Made by a program: the position numbers and the translations under genes
Notes under the pieces: model-generated
What the model saw: only the letters and a program-made list of their open reading frames with translations
Databases searched by the model: none
What the model was told of the DNA's origin: nothing
From: Wolbachia endosymbiont strain TRS of Brugia malayi
Lineage (GTDB): Bacteria; Pseudomonadota; Alphaproteobacteria; Rickettsiales; Anaplasmataceae
Direction: 5' to 3'
NCBI RefSeq assembly: GCF_000008385.1
Contig: NC_006833.1
Span: forward strand, 690,001-722,000
DNA: 32,000 nt
Part shown: positions 9,963-21,119 of the stretch, one piece after another
Position numbering within the stretch: the first letter of the stretch is position 1
Layout of the letters: every line of letters starts with the position of its first letter

Positions 9963-12824
9963 TTGCATTACAAGCAATGCAGGGGAAAAAATAAAGTTAA
10001 AACCGTTGCAGTTAATATTCCATTTGCTATAGCCGTTAAAATATCAACCACCACTGGCTTGATGGTGCGTCATATATGATTTGTAAAGCAAAAAAATCGA
10101 TATTTAACTTAGTAATCACAGGTATCAGCCCAAGGACTGTGGTTTCAACGGTAAGCAATATTGGTCTAATACGAGAAATCGAAGCATTTATTACACATCG
10201 CTTAATATCATTTTCATATATCTTGATTTGGCGATGGAAAGCATTGTGTACTAATACCAAGATCATTGATGTAATTGCCAATATAAAAGCCTTTAACAAA
10301 AAGGCTTCTGATTTTGTTGATCTTCTTTATCACCTTTAAAGTCAACTTAAACTTCCTTGTTCCAATCTCGAGCAATTGAATTTTGAATGAACTTAACCCT
10401 TTCATCAACTAAATAACCAGGGTCAACATCAGCAGAGATTGTCACTGTGCGTAATCCATTAATTCTACTCAGTTTATTTATCTTTTTTTCTGGAGCATAT
10501 TTTACTACGTTGCCTATAGGGTACAGGCTGTTAGCCATATTAATAAAAAGATTTTCCACAGCCTTCATGTTGCGGTCCTTTTTAGGAAAGTAAAGTACAA
10601 TGTCGATTTCTCTATTCAGGTTATTTGATCTATATTTTCCAATGAATACTCCATTTGTAATCATTTTTATAAAGTCGCCAATAGCTGCAACACTTACCCC
10701 AGAACTTGTAGCCTTATTTTTGTCAATACTCATGTTCCATTCTATTGCAGGTATTGATCTGCTGTCTTGAATCTTTACAAACTCTGATAAAGGCTGGTCC
10801 ATAATTTTTAGAATTTCTCTGCTACTAAATCCAAGCCAGATACGTTTCCGCTGAGATTAATTTGTATTGGCTTATCAGCCGACGGCCCTAACTTCTCTCC
10901 TTGGAGATCAATTATTACTCCTTTCATACCCTGCACACTGCTTCTTATATCATCTAATATAACCTAACTTTGCACCTAAAACGCAATTCACAAGTTCCAA
11001 TTGAATTCTGGCGACAACACTATCATCAAATAACCCTAACTTAGCATAGAAAACTTTAACTTCCTTCTTCATATTTAAAACACGATCCTCTACTTTTCTA
11101 AGTATCAGACCTCGTTCTTTGGTTTATAAGCTTTCTTTTGCTTTAACACTAATATAAGATATTGTCTGAGTCCACCTTCGAAAAAAAACTTTACCCCAAG
11201 GGCCAAAGGTAAAATACAACACACTAAACGAAAATAAAATTAATACACAGCACACACAAATTTTTTAGGATGGTCTAAACTTTCTCTAATATGAGTATGT
11301 AAGCTCTTATTACAGGTCCAGTATTCTTTATCTCACCACTTTCTATTGCATTCATTTTTTCAACTTCCTCTTTTGAAGCCACTGAAGGCTTGTCAAATAT
11401 TGCACCAAGTGTTAGTATGAAAACCAAAGCCATAATGAGCGAACCAGTCAGAGTTAGAATTATTGTAATTGGTATACGCTGCATAAATTTACCGACCGCA
11501 TTAGGCCACAAAAAACACTGCTAATTTTATCAACGTTGATGATAGAACTGGGCAGAATATATTATGGACTGCAGTGTGAAAGGCTTCTACTTTGTCCATT
11601 CCACAGATCATCTTTCTACCAGCATATTAGTTGACTACAATTGCATCATCAACTAGCATACCAATCGCCATAATTAAACTAAAAAGTACGATAATATTTA
11701 AAGTTATGCTCATAAAGTAAAGGGCTATTATTCCAATAAGAAAAGAGCCAGGTATCGAAAGTGCTACAAGGATAGCAATCCTTGTTCCCATAGAGAATAT
11801 CATTATGATCAATATCAGCAATACAGTAAATATCATGCAGTTTTCTAGGTTATCCAATACATTACGGACATCTTTCAACTGGTCATTTAAATACACCACT
11901 TTTAGATTTTTAGGCAGCTGGTCTCGTACCTTATCCACTAAGTATTTTACTTGATTTACTGTATCTATTATGTTTTTTCCATTACGTTTTGAAATCTCTA
12001 ATACTATGACAGCCCATTGATACGAGCAAATCCTTTGTGGTCTTCAAATCTAGGGTACACTTTTGCTATATCCTTTATTTTCAAAACTGCATTACCTTAA
12101 GACCTGATAAGAATGTTCATAATATCTTCTATGTCTTTTATAACTCTGATATTTTAATCGAGTATTTGCTTGTATCATTGTCAAGTGATCCAGCTCCGAC
12201 CAGTTTATTATGCTTGATATAACATAAAATATTTTATCTGATTGAATGTTGTATTTTGTTAGGGCTATAGGTTCAACTATTACTTCTATGTTTCCTTACG
12301 CTACCTGCCATTTCAACTTTGAGAACATTTGGCAGAGATTCTATTTCTTTTTTCAAATTATGCGCTACCCCAGTTAAAGTCCTCTCTGGTGAATTACCAA
12401 TTAATCCAACATTTAGTATAGGAAATAAGCTTAAATTTATTTCGCTGATTATCGGAGGCTCTGCTTCAACAAGTAGCTTCGATTTTATGTTTGAAAATTT
12501 TGAATGAACTTATCTAGCACTTCCTTATTACTATACTCTGCGCCAAATTTAAGTATTATATGTGCACCATCATTAGTTGCTAGGACTTTTAAGTTCCTTA
12601 ATTCCTTCTATAGACCTCAGTTCATTTTCTATTGGAATAGCTAATAACTTCTCACTGTCTTCAACGAAAATTCCAGGGAGCCTGACGAACACACTGATTA
12701 TAGGAATTTATATGTCATGGTTGCTTTCTCTTGGCACTTTTATATAGGCGTATGAACCAAAAATAAAAATTACTATAAGCAACAATATTACCGTCCTATT
12801 CCTCTCTACAAGTAAGCTTTTCAT
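9963..12824 (-). pseudogene. RND (AcrB/MexB-like) efflux transporter permease, degraded
   Basis: N-terminus MKSLLVERNRTVILLLIVIFIFGSYAYIKVPRESNHDI*IPIISVFVRLPGIFVEDSE has an in-frame stop. Further fragments: 11627-11938 (MVNKVRDQLPKNLKVVYLNDQL-like region through IGMLVDDAIVVN), 11275-11511, 10347-10802 and 10036-10299 (ISRIRPILLTVETTVLGLIPVITKLNIDFF...APSSQWW). The end reads ...VVDILTAIANGILTATVLTLFF. Multiple frames are required. Confidence 0.88.
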
Positions 12825-12992
12825 ATTGATATTTTATTGAACATACATACTCTTGTACAACATTATAGCCGAGGTACATTATATATTAATTAACTCTTAC
12901 ATAATCTTTAAAATATTTACACTAGATATTGAAATCATCAAAAAAAATTGCAATTACAAAAGAAGCTTTGCATAGTAATAGTAGAGTAGTAT

Positions 12993-13196
12993 TTGATGGA
13001 TTATTATGGTGGCAATTCAAGCATAACAAAAGGCAAAAGTAAAGCAGTTACGTCTGCTTTAGCTGGAGCTCTGTCAGCTTTAATATTTTTAACAGCAATC
13101 CATATTGCTGGAAAAACAGCCATTGTTATTTTCGCTGCCATAGTCACTCACTTACTGCTTTCACCAACTCATAAAATAATAGCTAAAAAATTCTAG
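12993..13196 (+). CDS. Small hypothetical protein with predicted transmembrane segments
   Basis: 67 aa ORF MMDYYGGNSSITKGKSKAVTSALAGALSALIFLTAIHIAGKTAIVIFAAIVTHLLLSP... with a plausible soluble-TM-TM layout. No family recognised. Confidence 0.45.
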   Translation: MMDYYGGNSSITKGKSKAVTSALAGALSALIFLTAIHIAGKTAIVIFAAIVTHLLLSPTHKIIAKKF

Positions 13197-13197
13197 C

Positions 13198-13727
13198 CTA
13201 CTAAAACTTGTACTCCAAAAAAACAAAGTTCTAGAAGATGAGGTTTCAAAAGATGAAGGATATAACAGTGAAGGTGAGAAAAATAACATTGTAGTACCTG
13301 TAAAGAGCCCAGAAGAAACTGAAGCTAATTTAAAAGAGAAAATGATAAGAAAAAGGTCAGAGGAAGAAATGAAAAATGGATTACCTAAACATATGGACTA
13401 CGAAGGTAATGCACTGCCTGAAAATACTGAAGCTAAAACTGATAGTTGCTCTATTAATTATACAAAAACTATATGGTAGTACTTGATAGAATCGTCCTTT
13501 ATATTCAAGATAGCGAGAAACAAAGTACTAGCCAAGATGACACAGGTCAAACTCAATTTAAAGCAAACTACATGGATTTGATGCAATCTCTTCCTGAACA
13601 TATAGATGCATGCGGTAATCCACTTTTACTGCTGCAAAGCAAATTTACTTATATGGAGCTTGAATTTGAAAGGTACGCAGGATACAAATCATCACCCCTA
13701 AGTCTAATAAATATTCCATCCTATTAA
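13198..13727 (+). pseudogene. Hypothetical acidic protein split across two frames, possibly part of the preceding locus
   Basis: Frame 1 reads LKLVLQKNKVLEDEVSKDEGYNSEGEKNNIVVPVKSPEETEANLKEKMIRKRSEEEMKNGLPKHMDYEGNALPENTEAKTDSCSINYTKTIW*, ending at 13479. Frame 0 ORF 13473-13727 follows directly (MVVLDRIVLYIQDSEKQSTSQDDTGQTQFKANYMDLMQSLPEHIDACG...). Confidence 0.4.
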
Positions 13728-13746
13728 AGAGAAAGACATCTGTGAA

Positions 13747-16700
13747 TCAATCCAAGCACATAAGTTTAGTGTTACCGCCAAATGCTGCAGTGTTTACACT
13801 TACAACTTTTTCTGTAGAAAAACGCTGCAAATAATTAGGACCTCCAGCTTTCGGTCCAGTGCCAGATAGTCCTCTACCGCCAAATGGTTGCACGCCAACT
13901 GTTGCACCCACCTGATCGCGGTTGATGTACACATTTCCAACTGATATTTTTCTACTTATTGAATCGATTTGATTTTGTATGCGGCTCTGCAAAGAAAAAG
14001 TAAGCCCATATCCTGTATTATTTATATCACTTATAACTCCATTTAATTGCGACTTATTAAAACGTATGATATGCAAAATAGGGCCAAACACTTCTTGTTT
14101 TAATTGCGAAATCTTTTGTATCTCATAAATATATGGAGAAAAGAAATGACCGTTATGAGAATTTGTATCCATAGGCACCTTGGATAAAAGGCTTGAATCC
14201 CTATCTCCTGACATCTTCTCCGTATATTTAGTCAGCATATCAATAGATGCTTTGTCAATTATTGGACCAATATCAGTGCTAAGTTGTATCGGATCACCAA
14301 CCTTTAACTCTTGAGCCGCATCACATATCATTTTTATCTGTTTTTCTGCTATATCTTCTTGAATAAATAGCACCTTAAGCGCAGAACAGCGTTGGCCAGC
14401 GCTGCGAAATGCAGAAAGCAGAACATCTACAGTCACTTGCTCCAAGAGAGCAGAGCTGTCAACAATCATAGCATTTAATCCGCCAGTTTCAGCAATAAAT
14501 GGCACAATGGGACCATTCCTGCTAGCAAGCATTCTATTAATCATTTGAGCAGTTTGTGTTGAACCAGTAAAAGCTACACCAGAGATTCTATTATCTGGCA
14601 CTAGTGCTTTACCTAAATATTGACCATCTCCTGGAATAAGATGCAGTACATCTTTTGGTATCCCAGCTTCGTGTAATATCTTAACAGCTTCATAGGCAAT
14701 AATCGGCGTTTGCTCTGCTGGTTTTGCCAGTACTGCATTACCTGCTGCAAGTGCAGCTGAAACCTGCCCAATGAAGATAGCAAGTGGAAAATTCCACGGT
14801 GATATGCATAAGAAAACTCCTCTACCCTCAAAAAAGATGAAGTTATCTTCGCCTGTCGGGCCTTGCAGTTTTTTCCAATTACTCAGTTCATTTCTTGCTA
14901 TTATTGCATAGTAACGCAAAAAGTCTACTGCTTCTCTTACTTCTGTTATTGCGTCGGATAGAACTTTCCCTGCTTCCACAATTAGAATGTAAATCAATTC
15001 TTTCATCTTTTCTTCAAGCAAATCTGCAGCTTTTTCAAGGTACACAGTACGCTTTTCTGCTGAAACATTTTGCCATTTAATAAAAGCACTATGGGCTACT
15101 TCAAGAGCATTTAAAGCCTGATCGCTAGTTGTATTTGACACTTCCCCAATTACGTTTTCCAAGTGTGCTGGATTAACCACTTCGATAAATTTAGCACTGT
15201 CAAACAGCGACTCTCCATTAATTATTGGTCCAACTTGCCATTTCTTCCCACTTAATTCTTTTATATCATTTGCAAATTGTGAAACTGTAACTGAATCACC
15301 AATGTCCATTCCTAAGGAGTTCTTTCTTTCCTCTCCAAAAATATCTTGTGGCAATGGAATGCTTGAGTGAGGTTCATACCCTAAGCTTTTAGCTTTTTCT
15401 AATGGATCTGAAATTAACTCTTCAATCTTAACATCAGAACCATTTATTTGATTGACAAATGAGCTATTAGCTCCGTTTTCAAGAAGGCGTCTAATAAGGT
15501 ATGGCAATAAATCACTATGTTTACCAACCGGTGCATATATACGACAATCGATACTTGTTGCAAGTTCTGACATTGCATAATCATATAAATTCTTACCTAT
15601 TCCGTGTAAGCGTTGGAACTCAAATCCAGGATGATTTTTATCAGCGAGCTCTACTATAGTAGCAAAAGTATAAGCATTATGAGTTCCAAAGCATGGATAA
15701 AAGTGACTTGCCTTACTCAAAAGTTTCCGCGCACAGGCAAGGTAGCATACATCAGTGTAGCTTTTTCTAGTAAACACTGGGTAACTACTTAACCCCAACT
15801 CTTGCGTGCGCTTGATTTCTGAGTCCCAATATGCTCCTTTCACAAGTCTTACCATAATTTTATGCTTTGATCGAATAGCAACATCCTCAACAAAGTCAAG
15901 AACAGACAAAGCACGTTTTTGATACGCTTGCACAGCTAAGCCAAGTCCTTCCCACTGTGAAAGTGACTCATCAAGACGCAATTGCTCGAATAAAACTAAT
16001 GACATCTCAAGTCTTTCTGACTCTTCTGCATCTATACATAATGAAATATTGTACTTTTTTGCTTCATGACAAAGTTCCAATACCTTAGTCTTCAGCTCTC
16101 CGGCTATATTACCGAATTGACAGAATTCATAACGTGGATGCAACGAAGAAAACTTGATTGAAATTCCATGTGACTTAAAACAATCGCTTGTATCAGTGGA
16201 TTCACCTATAGCTTTTATTGCATGCATATATGAATTAAAATATTCTTCAGCATTCTCAGCTGTGTGAGCGGCTTCACCAAGTATACTAAAAGAGCATAAA
16301 AATTTGCTATGGCTATCCGACCTTATACTCTCCAATGCTTCTTCTATAGTTTCTCCAACAATAAAGTGCTTACCAAGCATCAGCATCGCCTGCTTCACTG
16401 CCTTGCGGATTATTGGCTCTCCAAAATTTTTGAGTAGTTTAGAAATTACGTGATAGAATCTCGGACCTTCTTCATTGCCTCTTAATACACTACTTCCTAT
16501 CATCAAGCTCCACGTAGAAGCATTAACAAACAATGAAGAAGAACGCCCTAAGTGTTTACTCCATTCTTGATTGGCAATTTTATCTTTGATTAGTTCGTCT
16601 ATCGTATAATCATCTGGTATTCTAAGTAGTGACTCAGCAAGACACATTAGTGCTACTCCTTCGTCACTAGAAAGCGAGTACTGCTGCATAAAAGAATCTA

Positions 16701-16887
16701 TGACATCTAATTTGCTGCCTTTAATTTTTTCAACAACTTGTTTTGCAATATTGTAAATCCTATTTTTCGAATCAGCAGAAAGCTCTATTTTTTCTACAAG
16801 ATAACGTGCATAGCTTTTTTCATCAGTACGATAAAACCCCTGCAAACGTTTTCTTAATTCGTTAGGTTCTTGTATAGAGCTGATCAT
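13747..16887 (-). CDS. putA: Bifunctional proline dehydrogenase / L-glutamate gamma-semialdehyde dehydrogenase
   Basis: PRODH part with VRLVKGAYWDSEIKRTQ; ALDH part with SPWNFPLAIFIGQVSAALAAGNAVLAKPAEQTP, FTGSTQTAQMI, AETGGLNAMIVDSSAL, FRSAGQRCSALKVLF. Confidence 0.97.
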   Translation of the reverse strand: MISSIQEPNELRKRLQGFYRTDEKSYARYLVEKIELSADSKNRIYNIAKQVVEKIKGSKLDVIDSFMQQYSLSSDEGVALMCLAESLLRIPDDYTIDELIKDKIANQEWSKHLGRSSSLFVNASTWSLMIGSSVLRGNEEGPRFYHVISKLLKNFGEPIIRKAVKQAMLMLGKHFIVGETIEEALESIRSDSHSKFLCSFSILGEAAHTAENAEEYFNSYMHAIKAIGESTDTSDCFKSHGISIKFSSLHPRYEFCQFGNIAGELKTKVLELCHEAKKYNISLCIDAEESERLEMSLVLFEQLRLDESLSQWEGLGLAVQAYQKRALSVLDFVEDVAIRSKHKIMVRLVKGAYWDSEIKRTQELGLSSYPVFTRKSYTDVCYLACARKLLSKASHFYPCFGTHNAYTFATIVELADKNHPGFEFQRLHGIGKNLYDYAMSELATSIDCRIYAPVGKHSDLLPYLIRRLLENGANSSFVNQINGSDVKIEELISDPLEKAKSLGYEPHSSIPLPQDIFGEERKNSLGMDIGDSVTVSQFANDIKELSGKKWQVGPIINGESLFDSAKFIEVVNPAHLENVIGEVSNTTSDQALNALEVAHSAFIKWQNVSAEKRTVYLEKAADLLEEKMKELIYILIVEAGKVLSDAITEVREAVDFLRYYAIIARNELSNWKKLQGPTGEDNFIFFEGRGVFLCISPWNFPLAIFIGQVSAALAAGNAVLAKPAEQTPIIAYEAVKILHEAGIPKDVLHLIPGDGQYLGKALVPDNRISGVAFTGSTQTAQMINRMLASRNGPIVPFIAETGGLNAMIVDSSALLEQVTVDVLLSAFRSAGQRCSALKVLFIQEDIAEKQIKMICDAAQELKVGDPIQLSTDIGPIIDKASIDMLTKYTEKMSGDRDSSLLSKVPMDTNSHNGHFFSPYIYEIQKISQLKQEVFGPILHIIRFNKSQLNGVISDINNTGYGLTFSLQSRIQNQIDSISRKISVGNVYINRDQVGATVGVQPFGGRGLSGTGPKAGGPNYLQRFSTEKVVSVNTAAFGGNTKLMCLD

Positions 16888-17026
16888 ATATAATTATCTA
16901 CAAAACACCCTTTACCATATGTAAGGTAGAATTATACCATAACCTCGCGTAGAATAAATTATTATTTATATAAAGGGCTAGGATCAACTAAAAAAGTCTA
17001 CTGTCTACTGCGATAACTTCACTAAA

Positions 17027-19630
17027 TCAAGAGGACTGTGCAAGTATGTAACTTAACACTCCACCGCTCATTAAGTATTTCACCTCAGTTGCAGTTTGTA
17101 CACAGCATTTTAGTTGAATTGATTGCTCCGAATTGTCTTTTCTTTTAATGATACATTCTAGATTCCCACTTGGTACTATTTCACCTTTTATGCTTATAAT
17201 CTCACTACTATCAAATATCCTTCTGGTCACTCCGCCTTGAAATATAAGCGGAAGAACACCCATGCCGACCAAGTTTGATCTGTGTATGCGTTCGAAGCTT
17301 TCTGCAATCACAGCTTTAATTCCTAGCAACAAAGTACCCTTTGCTGCCCAATCTCTGCTTGAACCTGCGCCATACTCTTTCCCTGCAATGACAACTAATG
17401 GAACAGCTTCTTCTTTGTAACGCATTGCTGTGTCAAAAATTGACATAGTCTCTTGAGAAGGAATATGTTTTGTATAGCCGCCTTCATTGCTAATCATTTC
17501 GTTTTTTATTCTGATATTAGCAAAGGTCCCACGCATCATCACGTTGTGGTTACCACGACGAGACCCATATGAATTGAAATCCTGTGGTTCAATTCCAAGA
17601 TTTTTTAAATATATACCTGCAGGACTATTTGAGGCAATATTTCCAGCGGGGGAAATGTGGTCTGTGGTTACACTATCACCAAACATTGCTAGTACTCGTG
17701 CATTTTTTATATCAATTACATTATCTTTATCATTTCCAGCTAATAAATCATCAAAATAAGGAGGATTTTGTATGTAAGTGCTTTTCGTGTCCCAGTTATA
17801 AATTTCACCTCTCTCATACTTTATCTTTTGCCAATGTTCATCACCAGAAAAAACATCCTTATACTTTTGCATGAACATTTCACACGTTACAACACTTCTA
17901 ACACAGTCCTCGATTTCATTGTTTGTTGGCCATATATCTTTGAGATAGACGTTATTTCCATTTTTGTCTTTGCATATAGAATCTTTTGTTAAGTCAACCT
18001 GCACAGTACCTGCAAGTGCGTACACAACAACAAGTGGCGGAGATGCTAAGTAATTAGCCTTGACTAAAGGATGGATCCTCCCTTCAAAATTACGATTACC
18101 GGATAAAACCGCAGCAACGGTCAAATTTTTGTTTTTAATATCGTCCTCTATATCTTTATTAAGTGGACCAGAATTTCCAATACAAGTTGTACAACCGTAC
18201 CCAACCAAATTAAAGCCTAGAGTATTTAGATTTTTCTGTAATCCTGATTTTTCTAAATATTTTGTTACAACCCGTGATCCCGGGGCAAGAGAGGTTTTAA
18301 CCCAAGGTTTTGATTTTATACCGAATTTTATTGCTTTACGGGCTATAAGACCAGCAGCAATCATCACACTTGGATTTGAGGTATTGGTGCAGCTTGTTAT
18401 TGCAGCGATAACTACACTTCCGTCTTGAAGCTTATCATTTTCCTTTGATTCATTAACTGAAAATGATGTAGAAAAAGACTCTGCTACTTGTGAGAGAGAA
18501 ACTTTATCCTGTGGTCTCTTGGGGCCAGCCATTACTGGCTCTACACCTGATAAATCAAGCTCCAATATGTCAAAAAACGCTAATTCTTCACCGCTGCGCC
18601 ACAGTCCTTGCTCTTTTGCATAGACTTCAACTAATTTGATTAACCCTTCTGGTCTTCCTGTTAAGCTTAAATAGTCTAGTGTTTTCTGATCGATTGGGAA
18701 AAATCCACAGGTTGCACCATACTCTGGAGCCATGTTGGCTATAGTTGCTCTATCTGCCAAGGATAGGTAATCTAAACCATCACCATAAAATTCTACAAAC
18801 TTACCAACAACGCCCTTTGCTCTTAAGATATTTGTGATTGTCAGTACCAGGTCAGTTGCAGTTACTCCCTCTGGAAGCCTTCCCATTAATTTAAATCCTA
18901 CTATCTCTGGAATTACCATACTAATCGGTTGACCAATCATCACGGACTCAGCTTCTATTCCACCAACGCCCCAACCAAGAACTGATAAACCATTAACCAT
19001 TGTAGTGTGGCTATCTGTACCTACTAAGGTGTCAGGATACACAACTCCACTTTCGTTACATACAACTTGCGCTAAATATTCGAGGTTCACTTGGTGACAA
19101 ATTCCTGTACCAGGTGGCACTACTCTAAAATTTGTGAATGATGATTCTCCCCACTTTAAAAATTGATATCTCTCCAAATTTCTTTTTATTTCCAATTCAA
19201 CGTTTTTACCAAATGCAGAAGTATTTCCATAACTATCTACTTGAACAGAATGGTCGATCACAAGATCAACAGGCACAGATGGATTGATTTTACTTGGATT
19301 ACCCCCCTTTTTTTTTACATAACTACGCATTGAGGCTAAATCAACAATGGCAGGAACTCCTGTAAAATCCTGCATCAATACCCTTGCTGGTTTATAGCTA
19401 ATTTCGTGATTGACATGTTTCTTAACACAACCTGCTAGTGTTTTTATGTCATCTAACCTTACGTTCACTTCATCTTCATTACGCAATAAATTTTCAAGCA
19501 ATACCTTAAGTGAACAAGGCAATTTGGCTAGATCTATTCCTAAAAATTTACTAGCAGCGTTAAGACTGAAGTAGCCGTATGACTTTCCGCTAACGTTTAA
19601 AGTTGTTTTTGAATTTAAAGAGTTATTCAT
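17027..19630 (-). CDS. acnA: Aconitate hydratase A
   Basis: GVPAIVDLASMRSYVKKKGG, DLVIDHSVQVD, GTDSHTTMVNGLSVLGWGVGGIEAE, TSCTNTSNPSVMIAAGLIARKA, GYGCTTCIGNSGPL, AGKEYGAGSSRDWAAKGT. Confidence 0.98.
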   Translation of the reverse strand: MNNSLNSKTTLNVSGKSYGYFSLNAASKFLGIDLAKLPCSLKVLLENLLRNEDEVNVRLDDIKTLAGCVKKHVNHEISYKPARVLMQDFTGVPAIVDLASMRSYVKKKGGNPSKINPSVPVDLVIDHSVQVDSYGNTSAFGKNVELEIKRNLERYQFLKWGESSFTNFRVVPPGTGICHQVNLEYLAQVVCNESGVVYPDTLVGTDSHTTMVNGLSVLGWGVGGIEAESVMIGQPISMVIPEIVGFKLMGRLPEGVTATDLVLTITNILRAKGVVGKFVEFYGDGLDYLSLADRATIANMAPEYGATCGFFPIDQKTLDYLSLTGRPEGLIKLVEVYAKEQGLWRSGEELAFFDILELDLSGVEPVMAGPKRPQDKVSLSQVAESFSTSFSVNESKENDKLQDGSVVIAAITSCTNTSNPSVMIAAGLIARKAIKFGIKSKPWVKTSLAPGSRVVTKYLEKSGLQKNLNTLGFNLVGYGCTTCIGNSGPLNKDIEDDIKNKNLTVAAVLSGNRNFEGRIHPLVKANYLASPPLVVVYALAGTVQVDLTKDSICKDKNGNNVYLKDIWPTNNEIEDCVRSVVTCEMFMQKYKDVFSGDEHWQKIKYERGEIYNWDTKSTYIQNPPYFDDLLAGNDKDNVIDIKNARVLAMFGDSVTTDHISPAGNIASNSPAGIYLKNLGIEPQDFNSYGSRRGNHNVMMRGTFANIRIKNEMISNEGGYTKHIPSQETMSIFDTAMRYKEEAVPLVVIAGKEYGAGSSRDWAAKGTLLLGIKAVIAESFERIHRSNLVGMGVLPLIFQGGVTRRIFDSSEIISIKGEIVPSGNLECIIKRKDNSEQSIQLKCCVQTATEVKYLMSGGVLSYILAQSS

Positions 19631-19788
19631 CTTACATAATCATTATTTGAGTGAAAAGTATTCATTATCCACAATAATGTCATTCCGGTATCATGTACAT
19701 AACTATATAAATTCTCCGTGTTACATTAAAATAGCAAGTGTGCAGTGTTAACCACCTTTGACACTGGAATGACAAAAATAGTGTTGTA

Positions 19789-20292
19789 TCAGTTAAAATT
19801 TTCATTACTAGCATTGCTTTTTTGTTGTCGACTTTGCTGCTCATACATGGCTTCAAAATCTATAGGATCTAGCATCAGTGGGGGAAATCCACCACTGCTT
19901 GTAACTCTTGCGATTACTTCTCGTGCGAAAGGGAAAAGAAAAGTAGGCCCGCCAATAAATAAGGCTCGATTTACCTCTTCTGTACTCAGCTCCGCAAAGT
20001 TTTCTACTGAAAAAATACCACAGTATTTTGTTTCACAGATGAAAGCAACACCATCTTTTATGTTTTCATCTTTTATCATCGCTTTAGCTTCTATATGCAA
20101 AGTAATCTCATGGAAAGACTTTTCTTCACTTTCCCCTTCTGTACCTTCAGATCCTTCTAATTTCACTGAATTGACATTAACCATTACATCAATATTGGGA
20201 ACTTCTTTTAGAGAAAGGAATGGTGAATTTGGGTTTTCAAGCGATAGATCTTTAACATATTGATTGTGAATTCTCATTTTTTGTTGTGACAT
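19789..20292 (-). CDS. secB: Protein-export chaperone SecB
   Basis: NQYVKDLSLENPNSPF, EGVAFICETKYCGIFSVENF, NRALFIGGPTFLFPFAREVIARVTSSGGFPPLMLDPIDFEAMY. Confidence 0.96.
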   Translation of the reverse strand: MSQQKMRIHNQYVKDLSLENPNSPFLSLKEVPNIDVMVNVNSVKLEGSEGTEGESEEKSFHEITLHIEAKAMIKDENIKDGVAFICETKYCGIFSVENFAELSTEEVNRALFIGGPTFLFPFAREVIARVTSSGGFPPLMLDPIDFEAMYEQQSRQQKSNASNENFN

Positions 20293-20450
20293 TTCCTACT
20301 CTCCCTATAATTAAGTTGAAGCATTTAATACTTTCTTGTACAATAAACCATTTACAAGTTAATAGCAAATCTAATTATAGATTAGTACAGGATAAGCACA
20401 TCTTCATTAACAATGTTAAGATATTTTGTATACTAAGGAGTTGAGTTACT

Positions 20451-21107
20451 ATGATAGAACTCGTAATATATGCTTTACTAGCTGCATTCGTTTTTTCACG
20501 TTTATACAATTCTTTAGGAAGATCAACAAGCCTCAACCTAAAAAAACTGACTAGTGTACTGGATATAAGCCAAGTCAGAGAAGATGTAGTAGAGAATATT
20601 GAAGATTACATTGATAGCAACGATAAAGATCCAATAAAAGCTACTTACGAGCAAATATTACAAAAAAACAAAGATTTCTCCATTTCCCATTTTATGGAAG
20701 GTTCAGGCGTAGTTTTCGAATTAATAATAAAATATTTTAACCAAGGGAATTTATCTCAGTTAAAACCTCTCTTAGATAAAGACTTATATAATAACTTTGC
20801 AGGGAAGATTAAACAACGTAAAGAGATATACGAGTCTATAATTGTCTCTATCGTTTCACAAAAGATTTTAGAAATAAAACTAGTAAAAAATGTAGTATTT
20901 ATTGCAGTATATTTTCTTTCAGAACAAATTAATTTTGTCAAGAACGACAAGGGGGATGTCATATCAGGTAGCACATCCACTATCAATAAAGTTGAGGATG
21001 TATGGCAATTTAAAAAGAATGTTACCTCATCAAACCCAAGCTGGTTGCTTACTTCCATAAATTATAAAAAAGCAGATGATAGTAAAACGAACGGAAAGTA
21101 TAATTAA
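20451..21107 (+). CDS. Tim44/TimA-like domain protein
   Basis: Single N-terminal membrane anchor (MIELVIYALLAAFVFSRLYNSLG), then a domain with ISHFMEGSGVVFELIIKYFNQGNLSQLKPLLDKDLYNNFAGKIKQRKE and a trailing DVWQFKKNVTSSNPSWLLTSI. Confidence 0.88.
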   Translation: MIELVIYALLAAFVFSRLYNSLGRSTSLNLKKLTSVLDISQVREDVVENIEDYIDSNDKDPIKATYEQILQKNKDFSISHFMEGSGVVFELIIKYFNQGNLSQLKPLLDKDLYNNFAGKIKQRKEIYESIIVSIVSQKILEIKLVKNVVFIAVYFLSEQINFVKNDKGDVISGSTSTINKVEDVWQFKKNVTSSNPSWLLTSINYKKADDSKTNGKYN

Positions 21108-21119
21108 ATTTTATTTAAT

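Noticed and set aside
14613-15080. Antisense ORFs within putA
   Set aside because: Shadow ORFs opposite an unambiguous PutA coding sequence; Leu/Ser-rich translations are typical of antisense artefacts.
17487-18428. Several antisense ORFs (17487-17759, 17584-17874, 17768-17992, 18060-18428)
   Set aside because: All lie opposite the clearly coding acnA gene and show low-information composition.
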